From Polymyxa betae A26-41 (Eukaryota; Protista; Endomyxa: Phytomyxea), in contig RBZT01000267.1 of assembly GCA_003693705.1 (NCBI GenBank), positions 150,467 to 214,466 of the forward strand: a stretch of DNA of 64,000 nucleotides, read 5' to 3'. How positions within the stretch are numbered: the stretch's first letter is position 1; every line of letters begins with the position of its first letter. The translations under genes were made by a program, and so were the position numbers. Shown piece after piece: positions 13,387 to 26,677 of this stretch. The notes under the pieces were generated by a model. The model did not search any database, was not told the origin of the DNA, and was given only the letters and a program-made list of their open reading frames with translations.

Positions 13387-14598
13387 TTAAAGCATGGATA
13401 ACAGAGATGATGCAATCTGGTTCAGATCTGCAAGAGATCCATGTCGAGACCTTGCTCGCCCAACAATCTCGCCAGCTTTCAGCTTTACCATCCGATCGCG
13501 GTTGATGGGGCTCGCCCAGGCCATGCTCATTAAGATATTGCATCCACAGCGTTGCAACATAGCGAAATCTTCAAATCTCTTCATCGAGGCTAGAACCGTT
13601 TCGATTCCGTTTAATGATCGAATCAGATCTCTAGCGTCTCGATTAAGAGACAAATTGATTAAAGCAAAGCACGCCCGGAAATGCAATAGAGGCTCATTCG
13701 GGTATTTGCTCATTGCCATTAAAATGAGATGGACTGCCCTGTGTGAGACCAACCACTCCTTATTGGCATCAATCAGAGCCAGATTAACCATGGCCCAGAA
13801 CGCCTTCGTTAGAACGGATGGCCTTGTGATGTGTCGTTTAGCAGTTGATAACACAGCCATCACCACATCATTTGACATATAGTCTGATATATGATTGACG
13901 GAACTCAGTCGATCACTCAAGAAACGGCTGCCTTCGTTGCATCCTAAAGGACGGCATAGGATTACAAGGGCCCATAATGCATTTCCCACCAGTTCACTGT
14001 TAAACTGGTGCTTTCGCATTGCTTTCAAAAGTAGCTCGACCACGCCGAGCTTCGGAAGAATCTTGCGATTGCTCTCGTTCAGAGCTAGTATGCCGAAAGC
14101 CTTGACAGCCAGATGCTGACAGGAACTGTTGGAAGTCAGGCGCGAAACAGCTGAAATTAGGCTCATCAAGCGTTGCTCGTCAAGAGCTGCTCTGGAAATG
14201 TTATGTTCCTCAGTCTGATCGAAAATTTCCACAATCCAACGGACACCCTCTTCCAAGACGTTGCTGTTCGACGGTCGCTTCGCTATTACTTCAACTATGG
14301 CTCTGATCTTATCCGATGCTGAATCCTCAGCCTCCATCTGCATCTCGATCCATTCACGAGCAAGAGCTGCTCGAAACCAATCGGGACGGTTAAGATCCAA
14401 AGCCAGACCTAAACCAGTTCCACAATCAACGGGAATATAATGCCATCTGGTGGAGCAGGCGCGTTTCCAGAGTTTGTAAATCCACTCTTTTGATTGCGTT
14501 GCCGACCGATTTGTCGACAGTAAAGATACAGTCGACCGCAGATCCAGAAAACCGATTATGTGCTCGACTAGGTCGATGGGGAATGCTGAAATTGTCAT
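13387..14598 (-). CDS. F-box + armadillo-repeat protein (intronless)
   Basis: ISAFPIDLVEHIIGFLDLRSTVSLLSTNR F-box; ARM repeats (GVVELLLKAMRKH..NALWALVIL; GIETVLASMKRF). The ORF extends upstream to 14787. Confidence 0.85.
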   Translation of the reverse strand: MTISAFPIDLVEHIIGFLDLRSTVSLLSTNRSATQSKEWIYKLWKRACSTRWHYIPVDCGTGLGLALDLNRPDWFRAALAREWIEMQMEAEDSASDKIRAIVEVIAKRPSNSNVLEEGVRWIVEIFDQTEEHNISRAALDEQRLMSLISAVSRLTSNSSCQHLAVKAFGILALNESNRKILPKLGVVELLLKAMRKHQFNSELVGNALWALVILCRPLGCNEGSRFLSDRLSSVNHISDYMSNDVVMAVLSTAKRHITRPSVLTKAFWAMVNLALIDANKEWLVSHRAVHLILMAMSKYPNEPLLHFRACFALINLSLNRDARDLIRSLNGIETVLASMKRFEDFAMLQRCGCNILMSMAWASPINRDRMVKLKAGEIVGRARSRHGSLADLNQIASSLLSML

Positions 14599-14974
14599 GG
14601 TCTCCGACTTTACAGGTTTTGATGCTTTAGCTAGTAAAAATGCTTGGTGTCTATGAGCCGCAATCCAGCTTCGGGGGCTCAATTTGCTCCAGATTCTTCC
14701 AGAAATATATCGTGCTCGTTTTCGAGAGGGATTATTACGTAACGATCTCCTCCGTTCTGGATGTCTTGCTATCAAAGACGTTTCCATATTCTTTCACATT
14801 GAAAGAATATTTCCAGTATCTCTTCTACCATGCCGTACCTGTATCTGAGCGATCGTAGATTTTTTCTTCAAAGCGAAATCTTAATTTTCATTTTGAAACG
14901 CAAATCAAAAACATCTCTTGAACATAATAAAAGAATTGTCTGATTTTGATAAAGCTGGACCCTCCATTCAATAA

Positions 14975-16200
14975 TCAAACTGGTTGGTCATTTGTTGCTC
15001 CCGAATCCTGCTTAGTGTTCAATTCTTCAGCGATTCTCTGGAAATAATGTGGGGAAATTTTTCTGGCATTGACAAGCATCGATTCCAATTCTAAATCATG
15101 TGTTAGACGAACAATCACCATGATGCCACGCGACCTACGAACGGATGAAACTCTTATATGTTCTGCAAAGGCAAGCCCTTCGATAAAAGGAATCTCATTG
15201 CCTAAACCAAGTTAATGGTGGGATGTACCACCTGATTGCTTACACTTGGCGCATGCGAGCTCATCAACTTCCTGAGCTAATGAATTTAGTTCATGGCATC
15301 TGGCCATTCCGACTCCATCTTCTCTGTTTTACAATAAGGATCATTGGAATGGATTGTGATCCAATATTGCCTTAAAAAGTTCTCAATCTCTTGCACCGCT
15401 TCTTGCTCAGCTTCGGCTGTAGCTTGTTGATTAATCTGCTCGTTTTGCTTGAGCAAGGTTTTCAACTCTTCAATTTCGCATGCAATCGCCCGACGCTGAT
15501 GCTCTGTTGGGGAAGACATTCCCTGATTGGCAACTTCCGAATTCGAATCCACATTAACATCATTGCAATCTAGGCCATAATTGTGAAACGGGACGGAGAA
15601 AAGTAGAAAATAGGTACCGATATTGTGAAGCGCTCCGAGCTCAATTCGATCACTGATCTCATCCATTCGCGTAACAAAATTCTTCCTAGAACCACTTTAG
15701 CAATGTTCCAGGTGCTCTCAAATACCCAACTGTTCATTTCGTAATGCTTGCAATGCATTATCCGCAGCTTCTTTTTGTTTTAATTCAACATTACTAACGA
15801 AATCCAATTTTCTAGATACTAAGCAGCACAATTTACAGAGGTCTCAAACGATACAAGCAGATAAGGTTACAGGCTTCGCGCTTTTGACACAATCCATGCA
15901 TTTCTTCGTTCGCCGCATGCAGCTTCGTTTGCAACTCCTTCTGCTTCTCCATCAGCTGCTCTCGCTCAGTACGAACTGAAACACTAATCAGAGTTTACGC
16001 CTTTACAAGCACTGGAGCGATTTACTTTGCTGAAGTTCAGCTCGCTGTATCTGTATGTGCTGCTGCAGAACGGCCATCTGCCTTCGATCGTCCAGAACAG
16101 CATGCCTGATGTTATGAGTCTCTGATTCTAAAGACAACAACATAGACCCAGTTGAACGCATCATTGGTTGAATGAGAGACATTGGCAGTAACATCATGAT
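14975..16200 (-). CDS. Multi-exon coiled-coil hypothetical protein
   Basis: Q/E-rich heptad exons (15286-15666, 16003-16197) linked by GT-AG introns. Start uncertain. Confidence 0.45.
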
Positions 16201-16343
16201 GCGTCATTACAAGAGCTAAGAGATCAGAGCACTGACTGGGAAACAGCCCTGGTTCTTTGGTCAATGAAAATAACTGTACACTACAGGATGCGACCCCATG
16301 TAGGGTCATGGGGTCTGCCTATGCTTCGCAAATACCAACTATG

Positions 16344-17386
16344 CTATAGATTACAGTGCAATTTATTGAAGTCGATCCTATGCAGTTGTTTCGGGTTGTC
16401 GATGTCGCAAACGTCCTCCAAATCTAACCCGGCACCACAAACATGATCGGCTTCCTGTATTGGATCAACACCTCTGTGTGCAGAACAGAAGAAACAATAC
16501 GTACTTCAAATGCGGTTCCTGTTAGGACTTGCTTCGAGCTGAAGCTGGCGATTTGCCTGGTGTCGACGAACTCCATCATGGCTTCGATAACAGAGTTTCT
16601 TTCGAAAGATTTGGCGATGTATTCGGATAGGGCTGTGCTGACGTATTTACTAATGATCACTGCAGCTGGGATTCCATCTTTCTGTGCTGCTGTAGGTAAT
16701 ATGATGCCGAACTCTCCAGCAACGTCGGCAATAGCTGTAGCTTGTTGCAATCGCAATACAGATTCATTTGGACAAAGCATTATATCGTCAGCCATCATCA
16801 GTATATGAGAATCTGGATGGAACCGGCTGATAGAAAATAGTAAGTTTGCATATTCGATGCTGCGTTGCGATTGAAGACTTTCTGATGAGGTTGTAAATAA
16901 CTTGGAATAGAGCTTGGAGTTATTGCGATAGAATTCGAAGCATTCCTTCGGCTTATACTGTTTTGACAGAACATTGAATTGATTATTGCCGTTTGGATCC
17001 ATGTCGAATACCATCGTTGAGAGCCGACCGCCTTTAGTGCAATTCTTTGGTCCAGTTTCCTTGAAGATACTGGATAGAACCTTTTCAAGTGGATGTGGCT
17101 GCTGATTTCTCGATGCAATCACAATCTTTATTTGAACTCGTTTTAGCTCGCGTTGGAATGCATCGTCGTCAACAGGTCGTGGATACGTCCAGAGAACTGT
17201 TTCTTCATCAGTTACGTCAATGGCCACTTTCTTCATCTGTCGAGCGATGACTCGACGATGGATTAATGATGGCAAAGCAACTTGAATCAGGGCCAGGGAG
17301 AAGAAGATGGTCATCCAGAAAGCAGCAGTTCGACGACGAGACCCGGATCTGCCAAGCCATGGCGTCCACCAGTCATCATCGCTCAT
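16344..17386 (-). CDS. Type II membrane GT-A fold glycosyltransferase-like protein (MGAT4/GT54-like)
   Basis: N-terminal TM (FWMTIFFSLALIQVALP), IVIASR...PLEKVLSSIF, ILMMADDIMLC DxD-like motif. One intron near 16454-16503 gives the C-terminus ...KLHCNL*. Confidence 0.6.
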
Positions 17387-18250
17387 ATTCGAGTGCAACA
17401 GTTCAAAGGCAATCCAGTACGAATGGACGATTCATCTGTGCTGCTTGTTTTATGAAGTGCAAACTGCAACGGGCAAGTCACAGGCCAATTGCACTCTTTA
17501 TGAATCAGTTGATTTCTGGGCTCGTTTACAAGTTGCATAGCATAGCTGATCGCCTACTAGACAGTGCAATTGACAATCGCCAACTACTGCTGGATGTCTT
17601 CTGCAGTCTAGGGTCATGACTTTTCTAGGTCGATACAAACGACATGGAGTTTGAGACCTGGATCAACCTGATCTAACATTCGTCAGTCCATGCTAGGGCT
17701 TCTTAATAATTCATATTTCGTTTCTTTAAATCGATCGAAATTGTACATGGCTTTCTTCTCAAAAGATAATAAAATCCTGAGGTTTTTCTCTATTATTCTC
17801 TGTCCCAATGGCTCCACATTTTTGTTCGCGCGAAGACAATCGCCTCTGTGTGCCCTGGGCTTCCATACACAAATTCCCAATCCCATACCGAAAGCGGGAA
17901 GATCTGTGGAACAATATCGCCAACGGCTTTAATGGTACTGTTCAGCCCGAGCAAGAAAGTTACCGCAATGCTGAGCAGATGTACAATCGATTCCCGGTGC
18001 GTTCAATCACAATTTGAAACGACCTGATTACATGACGATTTTTATTCGAAAACTTCGAATCACGCAGGACAGCCCGCTGGGAATACCAAAAACACCCCAA
18101 AAGCGTTTAATCTTATGCGTGAACTGTGAGTGAATTTCACGCATTAGAATCACGATTTTGTTTCTTGTGGATCAGTCAAAAGACATCATTGAGACTCAAT
18201 TTCAAATATAGATGTAAATACCTCATGACCTGAGCTCATAATCGTATTAT

Positions 18251-19066
18251 ATGGACAGACATCACTTCATACTTTCACTATTTATTTTGTTAGCGCCTTT
18301 AGGCGTTTATGTCGAATCAGTCAAGTTGATTGCAATTGATGTTCCAGATGAGATCCAGATATCCAATCAGGATATCCAGACATCTAAATCGAATCAATCG
18401 TGGAGATATGCAATCGACTCCTTCTACGTGGCCCTAGGCCCAAAAGTCGCTAATTTCCAGGTCGACGACGCCTTCGCCGGAAAGGTCGTCCACGAGAGCC
18501 TGGTATGCGATTTCGAAATGGTGAAGAATGAGGTTCTTGAAGTTGATTGGGATACTTTACTGTTCACTGCCAGTATCGCATGGCTTGCTGGATATCATTC
18601 ACCAGTTAGATTCAATGCTGATTTCATTATCTGGGTCATCGAACATGATACCGAGCTCTATGGTCTGCTGAGAAACTCCCCCGAATTAGAGTGGAAATTC
18701 ATGATCAATCTGGTTCCGGATCCTCTGGCCATTATCAAGCCATTATCTCAAACACCTTCGGATTCCTCAACAAAGGAGTCCCAAACTATCGAAGATTCTG
18801 ACGAACTTGATGATGACGATGACAATCTGGATGCGATAAGCGATTCCGACGAAGAGGATGACGAATTTGAAGACCGAATTCGACGACGAGTTCGGAAAGG
18901 GATGTGGGAATCGTTATCGGGTCGAATCATGACGACAACCATGTGGGGATTGTTAGTTATTATAGCCCTAACTACATTCGTATATTGTACCTGGAACATA
19001 TCCAGAAAGCATGACATGAACCAGCAAGACCGGCAACAGCCTGATATACCACTGATATATGTTTGA
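18251..19066 (+). CDS. Type I membrane protein: signal peptide, acidic D/E tract, C-terminal TM (intronless)
   Basis: MDRHHFILSLFILLAPLGVYVES; DSDELDDDDDNLDAISDSDEEDDEFED; TM WGLLVIIALTTFVYCTW. Confidence 0.8.
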   Translation: MDRHHFILSLFILLAPLGVYVESVKLIAIDVPDEIQISNQDIQTSKSNQSWRYAIDSFYVALGPKVANFQVDDAFAGKVVHESLVCDFEMVKNEVLEVDWDTLLFTASIAWLAGYHSPVRFNADFIIWVIEHDTELYGLLRNSPELEWKFMINLVPDPLAIIKPLSQTPSDSSTKESQTIEDSDELDDDDDNLDAISDSDEEDDEFEDRIRRRVRKGMWESLSGRIMTTTMWGLLVIIALTTFVYCTWNISRKHDMNQQDRQQPDIPLIYV

Positions 19067-19103
19067 AACAATAAATCTTGCATGTCCTGTTTTAACAAAA
19101 TAT

Positions 19104-21021
19104 TTAATGTTGAAATTCGGCATACTGCCGAAGTCGCAGCGCGTACTTTTGTGGAAACGAAAAGTTTTTCAGATATCGATAAAATCTGAAGATGATCCTG
19201 TAGAGAGCGCGATCCAGTGCACGACTTAAAGCCACTGGTGCCAAGCTGGAATGTTCAGTATTCGGACCATCAACATAAAGGCGTTGCTTGTCAGCCTCCG
19301 ACAACTCGACATTCTCATATGCAGCTTCGATAAAGTCGCCGATGGCGATTGATGCTGCCAGAAGTGAGCTTACGATCTCCTCAAACGAACGTTGGACCGA
19401 TCCCATTTCATCTTCTTCAATAGAATGGACAACGAGAGCTGACAGCGCTGATCGACCATCTTAGACAACATGAAATGTTGTAAAATAAAAGCAACAGACC
19501 TTGAGTGATATTGATGAGATCGTCGGTTTGAGCAAATAATGCATAAGCCTGAGATCTCGCTTTGCGGCTGTTTTCTGTTCAAAAAAAAATTAACACACAG
19601 TATAAAAAAGCAAAAAGAAGTTGAGCGAACCCGGATCACAGGCAGCATATAGCAATTTGGATAAGGCATCCAGACGGCTGATGCAAACCTTCGATACAGA
19701 CGCCCATAAATTGTTGTCTCCCGATCTATAAATGGTGACTCGGGCGTCAGACGATATATTACACATATCACTCAATTCGAGAAACCCTAATGACTAACAG
19801 GCAAATGTTAGAACAGTCCACATAATAACATTGTTTAGGACAGACGCGTGTGTAACGATCTCGATCTTGTTGCAATACTTTCACCAGTACGGATATGGAA
19901 ATCGTGGTTGATTTGTCAGATAGAACAGATTGCATCAAAACGACTTCGAGAATATGTCGCGATAGTTCCCAGGAAATGAACAGTTTCAGACAACTGAAAA
20001 CGATATCAGCCATCAGCGGCTGTAAACTGGAATCTTACATAAGAATACAGTTGAGTTCTGATCCCAGACAGAAATGACACCCAGCAGATGGGCTGAATAA
20101 TGAGGCAAACGCAGCAAAAGGGGTTCGTTGCAAAATGAAATGAATGAGACGAACCGGAACCAAAAACCAAAGCACGGTGAAGACCAAACCATATCGTAAA
20201 CTCGAACGAACGATTGGCAATGTTTTTAACCGGATCTGAGTTTCCAAAGGCAGTTGCAGTGTGGGAAACCGAAACTACAATAGCTCGAATGAGCGCCGAT
20301 AGTTAACAAAACCTAGACGTCTATACCGATGTTTGTGTCATCAGACGCCGAATGAAATAAACCAGAGAGAAGAGCATCATACGACTGGAATAACATTGTA
20401 AGCTGGACGAGACCGATGTCTGGGTTGATATTAGCGTCCATAACGAGGAAACAATCGTTAAGGTTGCACAGCAAAGAGTGGAAGGATTTGTTATGAGACA
20501 GAACAATCTCTGTGGACCCGTCCTTAACTGAGTAACAGCTACACACGACATCAGGGTTAGAAATCAGAGGAAACAGAGCTCGACACCTTTGACATGACGA
20601 ATAAACATGACTAGATACATCTGTTGAAGGAACACAAACACGAGCAGGTAGAGCATATTTGATACAGTGAAAACTCTCCAAACTATCCGATAAATATCAG
20701 CATTTACAGATGAAGGAATGACAATTTACTCATACAGTAAAGCGTTGGACGAAGATTGGCCAAAATAACAAGCAACGATTGGACGATTGCATTGATGAGT
20801 AATGCCATTAATACCCTTCTCCGTTTGATCTGATCAATCCAGATCTGAGCGACATCGTCATCGGCGATTGTCGATCGTGCCGCCTGTTTCGGATCAGGGG
20901 ATTTAGCTAAATTCTTGCTGGAAGATTGTGGTGTGCTCTGAACTTGGCTGGTATTGTGCTGAATCTGTTGAAGTATTGGATTGGATTTAGAAGAGATTGA
21001 TGATGGAATTGACTGCCACAT
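19104..21021 (-). CDS. Multi-exon hypothetical protein (probably alpha-helical)
   Basis: Consecutive minus-strand ORFs from ATG 21021 separated by short GT-AG introns. No family recognised. Confidence 0.55.
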
Positions 21022-21379
21022 TGTAGAAATGACAAACTGCAGAAATATGCGTCACTCAGAAATGACGATCAACAAATAGATGCGCTGTCCAACTTAAAAA
21101 GTAATTTTGATTTTAGAATGATGCGCAGTAGAGAAAAGATCTGAACTCAGCGCAACTCAAGAAGATGGGGATTGCGAGAACAAAAGAAAAGTGATTCGAT
21201 CATCATCGCCATAAAATACTGAAAACAAAAGTATGGGATAAAGCGACGCTGTTGATGATGTCCTGTCCAGCCCTAGATAACAAACTAGGGTTTATAGCAC
21301 TCCAGTACAGTATGAGGAGAGTCACCCAAGATGCCTCAACAAGGTGGCCATCATAGTATCGTTATCACATGTATTGCTC

Positions 21380-22791
21380 ATGTCATCATCGTTATCAATA
21401 GTCTCGTGTCTATTAGAGTTCGATCATACAACCGGGCCTTGCATTCGATGTCATTATCCTGACAACATTCCAGCTGAGTTCCTAGCGATCCTGCCAGTCT
21501 ATGCACTTCCAGATGCCATACATAAGAACAATCTTGTACTTCGTCCTTTCTGCTGTATGACTTTCAATACTGATTTGTACACAGGATTTCGTCTATTTCC
21601 TGGCGTTTCCATCAGAATCCAGTGATGAATATCTATTGGGCATTTCTTGTTTCAAGCAATGTCTAACAGATCAGGCAGATCGCTCGTGTATTCAACGAGC
21701 AATTATGATTGGATTATTACAGAAGTCATCTGATACATTATATGCATCAGCTTATACAATCTTACAATCAGCTTTATCACGTCCAGCTCGATACTTTTTT
21801 GAAAGGGATTCCTATGATCAAGACCCTTTGCCAATTTTAAAAGCTCTGCATGATGATTCACAGATCGCCTTGAATGCATCTCTATCTTCTAGCCGACATT
21901 CTAACATTGCTCTTATGTCATCTTTCAAGAAGCTCATTGCATCTGCTCCTGAACAAACATTTACTGTTATGAAAGCTATCAGTGCTGGCGCTAAGATCGT
22001 TATCTTTTCACAGGCGTCTCTTCACCACTTAACGTCAACTGTTTTAGCATTCTCTAGTTTATCATCTGGACCGATCTCAGTCTTTCCTTATGTTCCAATT
22101 CAGCATTTTGAGCAATTTCAACAGCGAGCAAAACATTCCATAATGGGTATCAATAATCATTTGTTATGGATGAAGGCGTCTGCTAATGTGTTCTTCAATA
22201 TTGATGATCACGAACTTCGAATAGAGCAAGGCGTCTGGGCCGATATTTTACGATTAACTCGGGCTGATAGGCGGTTTGCAGCGGAACTGGCCGTTGCTGA
22301 AAATTCGGATTCTTTCGCCTCGTTATACAAGAATTATGAGAACAGAGCTATCCGAAGTTTAAATGCTCGCTTGAAATCAGAGAAGGAAGTCGGCGGCGGT
22401 GATCTCGCAGTGGATAATCTGCTACGAGATTTCAATACCTCATGGGCCGGTATAATGTTTGGATTTACTAAAAATCAAGCGGATGACACTGCTGAAGATA
22501 TCAACCATGCACATCCATGCCATGATGATGATGATGGTGATGATGTATTTGATGAGGAATCAAGTCTGGGATCGATCTGGGACTCGATTTCGAACCAGAC
22601 GGCAACAATCGGTGGCCAAGCTCAGCGGACGTTATTTGAAGCGTCGTCCAAAGTGTCATCATGGATCGGCTCATTAGCTCAATCGTTATCTTGTAAGAGA
22701 GATGAGTCTTGTATCGAACTGACACTAATTCATTGCAGCGAACGACCAGGATCCTGATATTCCATCAAATCATTCACTCTGGTCCGATTAA
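21380..22791 (+). CDS. AVL9-like DENN-family protein
   Basis: LLEFDHTTGPCIRCHYP..LPVYALPDAIH; GISCFKQ..DRSCIQRAI; VFPYVPIQ. The last intron gives ...SLWSD*. Confidence 0.7.
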
Positions 22792-22933
22792 ACTGTTCTA
22801 TATTTATTTAGCGGAATAAAAACGAGATGTTTCGGAGGAGCTGTATGATTGAGTCACTGAGATTGATCGGTTGATGGAGTCAATACAATGTTCTGCAATG
22901 CTTCTCTCATCACTAATGAGTTTAAGTTAATCC

Positions 22934-24014
22934 ATGATCAGACCGTCGATTATCTGTGCTGTAGCAAATGCCATCACTGTTCTGGTCGCTGCTTTCATAT
23001 TTCTGCATTACATCTTCCATGAGACAACAGGAGCCGATGCTGAAGAGATGGATACCGAACAGGTCGAGAAATTTCGTCATCATAAGAGATTACTTCCTGC
23101 AGCGGAACATTTCTCAACTACTACTTTGATTGAGCAGCATTATTGTCAACCTCAGCAAGGAAATCAATGCTCGTTGAAATCGTATTCGTTCTGTGGAAAC
23201 AGTAGCAGATCCATCTCATTAACGGTAGGCACGCCTGCTCTGTTTATCGTGAAACGTTCTGAGTTGGAATCTTGAAGTTTGATGTCGATCAACAGACGTC
23301 CAAAAAGTCGCTCGATGGAATTATTGAAGAGCTCAAAGGTGTCAAAGTACTTGCGACATTCTTCATTTCTGGGCAAGATTCTATCTATCATGAAGATAGA
23401 TGTGAACAGGCCAAGGCTCTGGTTCAAGCCGGTCATCAGGTTGAGATCATGAACTGGAATGGTGCTGAGCTCCAGCCGGATCAGCCAATCGAGGCGCTAG
23501 AGATTGATCACGCTAAAGCATTCCTTCGTGATTGTCTTGGAAGGAAGTCGTTTGAGTCTCTCCAGTTCCGACCGATTCGAGGTCAGATTACGTTGGATCA
23601 AGCTTGGGCTGTCTCGCAACGTTATCGTAATCGTCATCGATTTATGCAGTCCCATCCTGTATTGATTTGTTGCAGATGCTGTCATTGCAATGTGGTCGCT
23701 GTCATCCGATCCAGATCATGTCGAGCATCTGATCGATCTGGCACAAGATGATATAGGCAGGAATGACTCGATTGTGGTTAGATTGCATGATTTGGTATGA
23801 CCGGTGTTTAAGCAAGATCTGAATCTGCCTGATGCTGCTGTTTAGGAGTATTGGTCACAATCAGGTCCCATATCAAAGCTTGTATCACATTTTCAAGACC
23901 GACATTATCAGTTTATGTCGTCAGAGCGCTGCTACATGCAATGCTCGACCGAAGTGTGTCTTGCTCCGGCGCCTCAATCGTGGAAATGATCCTGACCAGC
24001 AGCTGGTCGGTTAA
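22934..24014 (+). CDS. Membrane-anchored polysaccharide deacetylase (CE4/NodB)-like protein, degenerate active site
   Basis: N-terminal TM; spliced ISLT|FDVDQ, VLATFFISG, GHQVEIMNW, FRPIRG, SIVVRLHD. Confidence 0.7.
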
Positions 24015-24168
24015 CAGCCCTTCTCCCTTGCTCTCGGGGATTACATTATCCACGTTGCTTCGCCAAGCATTGTGCAAATGTCTCAATAATTTATCCAATA
24101 CATCAATAATTTAATCATTATATATCAATTATAGTTACAGTAGAATTTGTATGCTAAGCTCGAATTGA

Positions 24169-26555
24169 TTATTTGGGTTTTAAAACGTTTGTGAAATATG
24201 ACACATGGTCAGATTCTGTCGCTGTCAATGTCCTCTCTATCCTGATTGGATTTAATGCCTTAAAGTATCGGATGCCAAGCTTCAGCATCTTTTTACGAAT
24301 GTGATTCTTCATCTCTGTATCCGCCACTCGAAACGAGCCTCCATCGACGTAGTTGTAGACCGAATCAATACGAATCTCCAGCTCGATCTGATTGCATTGA
24401 GTTGAGTCATTTAGGAATACTCCAACTCTGGGTTTCCAATCTGCATGAAGAATAAGCTGGACAGGTCCAATGCGTCTGAACACTTCTCCTACGATTTGGA
24501 TTATCAACCGTGAACTTCAGAATAGACCGCTTTAAACGCTCGATCGCTTCAACATTGGTATCAAAATTGATTAACATGCATATTCTTGTGACACAACCAA
24601 AGCTGTTTGTTAAGTTAACCTGCCATCATGTCAATAGGTTATTCACACATTGAGAGCGATGTTTTACAATGACACAATCAGCAAGCGTCTGGTTCGGAAA
24701 CCGAACCAACTTGTTCACGCGATCCTTGAACCAAGTATCGAGTAAACCGATTTGATGAACTTGATACCAAGTTCCATCTACGGTTATTGAATCGTTTACC
24801 TGATATGGTTTGCCCCCAAATATGAACTATGATAATATATCAAGTTCACATTTCTAATTGCATGAACACAACATACCACGACGCTTTCTACGAACCGGGT
24901 AATTGTTTTGCTCAAAGCAAAAGCCACACTGAGCATAAGTGCAGAGATAGCTGTCAAAAGCTGATTGAATGCATACCCGAAGATACGATAGACAATCACA
25001 GTTATAAAGACCCAGAATACAGCAGATATAGACGTGTTAATTAAATGAGAAAGGTTTTCGAATCCTTTCAGACGATTTGTCAAAACAGTTTTTGAATTAA
25101 AAACCGACTTGAACGCAGCAGAAAATTGCTCCAGAGAGACAGCTTTATTCTGCAATGCGTTTCCTTGTCGGAAGAACATCATACGAAATGCTTGCACACC
25201 AACCATTGGATTCTAACAAGAACAATTATTAGAGAGTTTTTAACTGATCCAAAGCTGAATGGCTTTACCTCCCAAAAGGAGCACCACGTCTCTAAAGAGA
25301 TTGATGGAGGGATTCCTGCATCAGGTCTATGATCGTTAACAATATTGTTAAAGATGATATTTCCAATCAGGCCCATATCTTTAGTCGTTGATACAATAAT
25401 GCTGGAATCGGTCGAAAACACCCAATCGTCATTTCGATGCTTCAGCGGGAACTGAATCGCACCTCCCCTAAAGCATGCTGTTCAGATAGCATATGCTATA
25501 TAACGGAAAGTCATACCTGATGTATTCAATGTCTGCAAGTATGCTTTTGCCAGTGTTCTTGTTTAATCGGAGCCTTTCGAGATCTTTACGATCTGCAGTA
25601 TTGCGACAGCAAAGATTGATCATTACTTCTTCCAAGAAAAGCAACAATTTGATCCGCTTTCCGAACGATTGGTCAGCTCCCCACATCTCAATAAGTTGAG
25701 TGAATACTGTCTTAATTACAAGACCGATCAAGATTGTATACAGAGACTGAAGCACTTGATGGCCGCGATAGAATTTGATTGAGCCAATATTGGCTAAATC
25801 CAGCCAGGCTTGAAGCACGAGGGTATCGATAGCAACCGCTAGAGAGGAATGTCAGAATTAAAATGGTGCCAGGTTCAGCGTCACAACCGAGTACGATAGC
25901 ACGAAGATAGCCTCGTAGCGACTTGTCTATCATAGGGAACAGCCATGCTGGCGATTTCACCAGAAGCCGGAGGGTTTTGAAGACGGCAACTTCCAAAACA
26001 TAAGCGATGATACAGCAGGCAGCAAGCTAAGCGGGTCGTCAATTGTCTGCATTTGAGACATAATTAGGCGCTTACCATGCCAGGAATTGCTGTCCAAACC
26101 CAGATTCGATTACCATCCTCTTTCAGCAGGGTCATACCAGAGTCAAATATCCAAAGAATGGTAGTAGCGACCAAGCTGGATAAGACAACCGTGACGGTCA
26201 TGCTTCTTTTGGCAATCCATATTGCACAGCGTTGTCTGAAATTTAACATTCGATGATCTTCAGAGAATATGACATCACAATCTTCCATCATATCGATTAT
26301 TTTGGAGATATGCGGTTCTGAGGTTGCCATAACAGGCAATGTGTCGGTTTCTTCCAGCTTGTCGTCGTCACCAAACAGACTCTCCATTTCGATGTCGTTC
26401 ACGTTGAAGGACCTCTGACTCCTCATTGCCTTGCTCCCAACACCCCGCAATCTGGTACGAAGCTCAGCAAAAGACTTCTCATCTCGAATGGATTTGGAAT
26501 GGTAAGAATGCGGTGGATCCTCTGAGTGCTGTGATCTGGCTGGCTCGTCAAGCAT
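24169..26555 (-). CDS. MscS-like mechanosensitive ion channel, copy 1
   Basis: Multi-TM; AFRMMFFRQG..SLEQF; FALSKTITRFVESVV..FGGKPYQVNDSITVDGTWYQVHQIGLLDTWF; NLTNS. Confidence 0.85.
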
Positions 26556-26677
26556 GGCTGCTATCGACGATAGTCCCTTAGTAAGATTATAAGAGCCAGC
26601 AGGGTCGTTACCGATGAATGAACTGTGCAGCAAGTCATGTTGGACATGTGCAGAGGCCGCATATCATCTCTATTATT

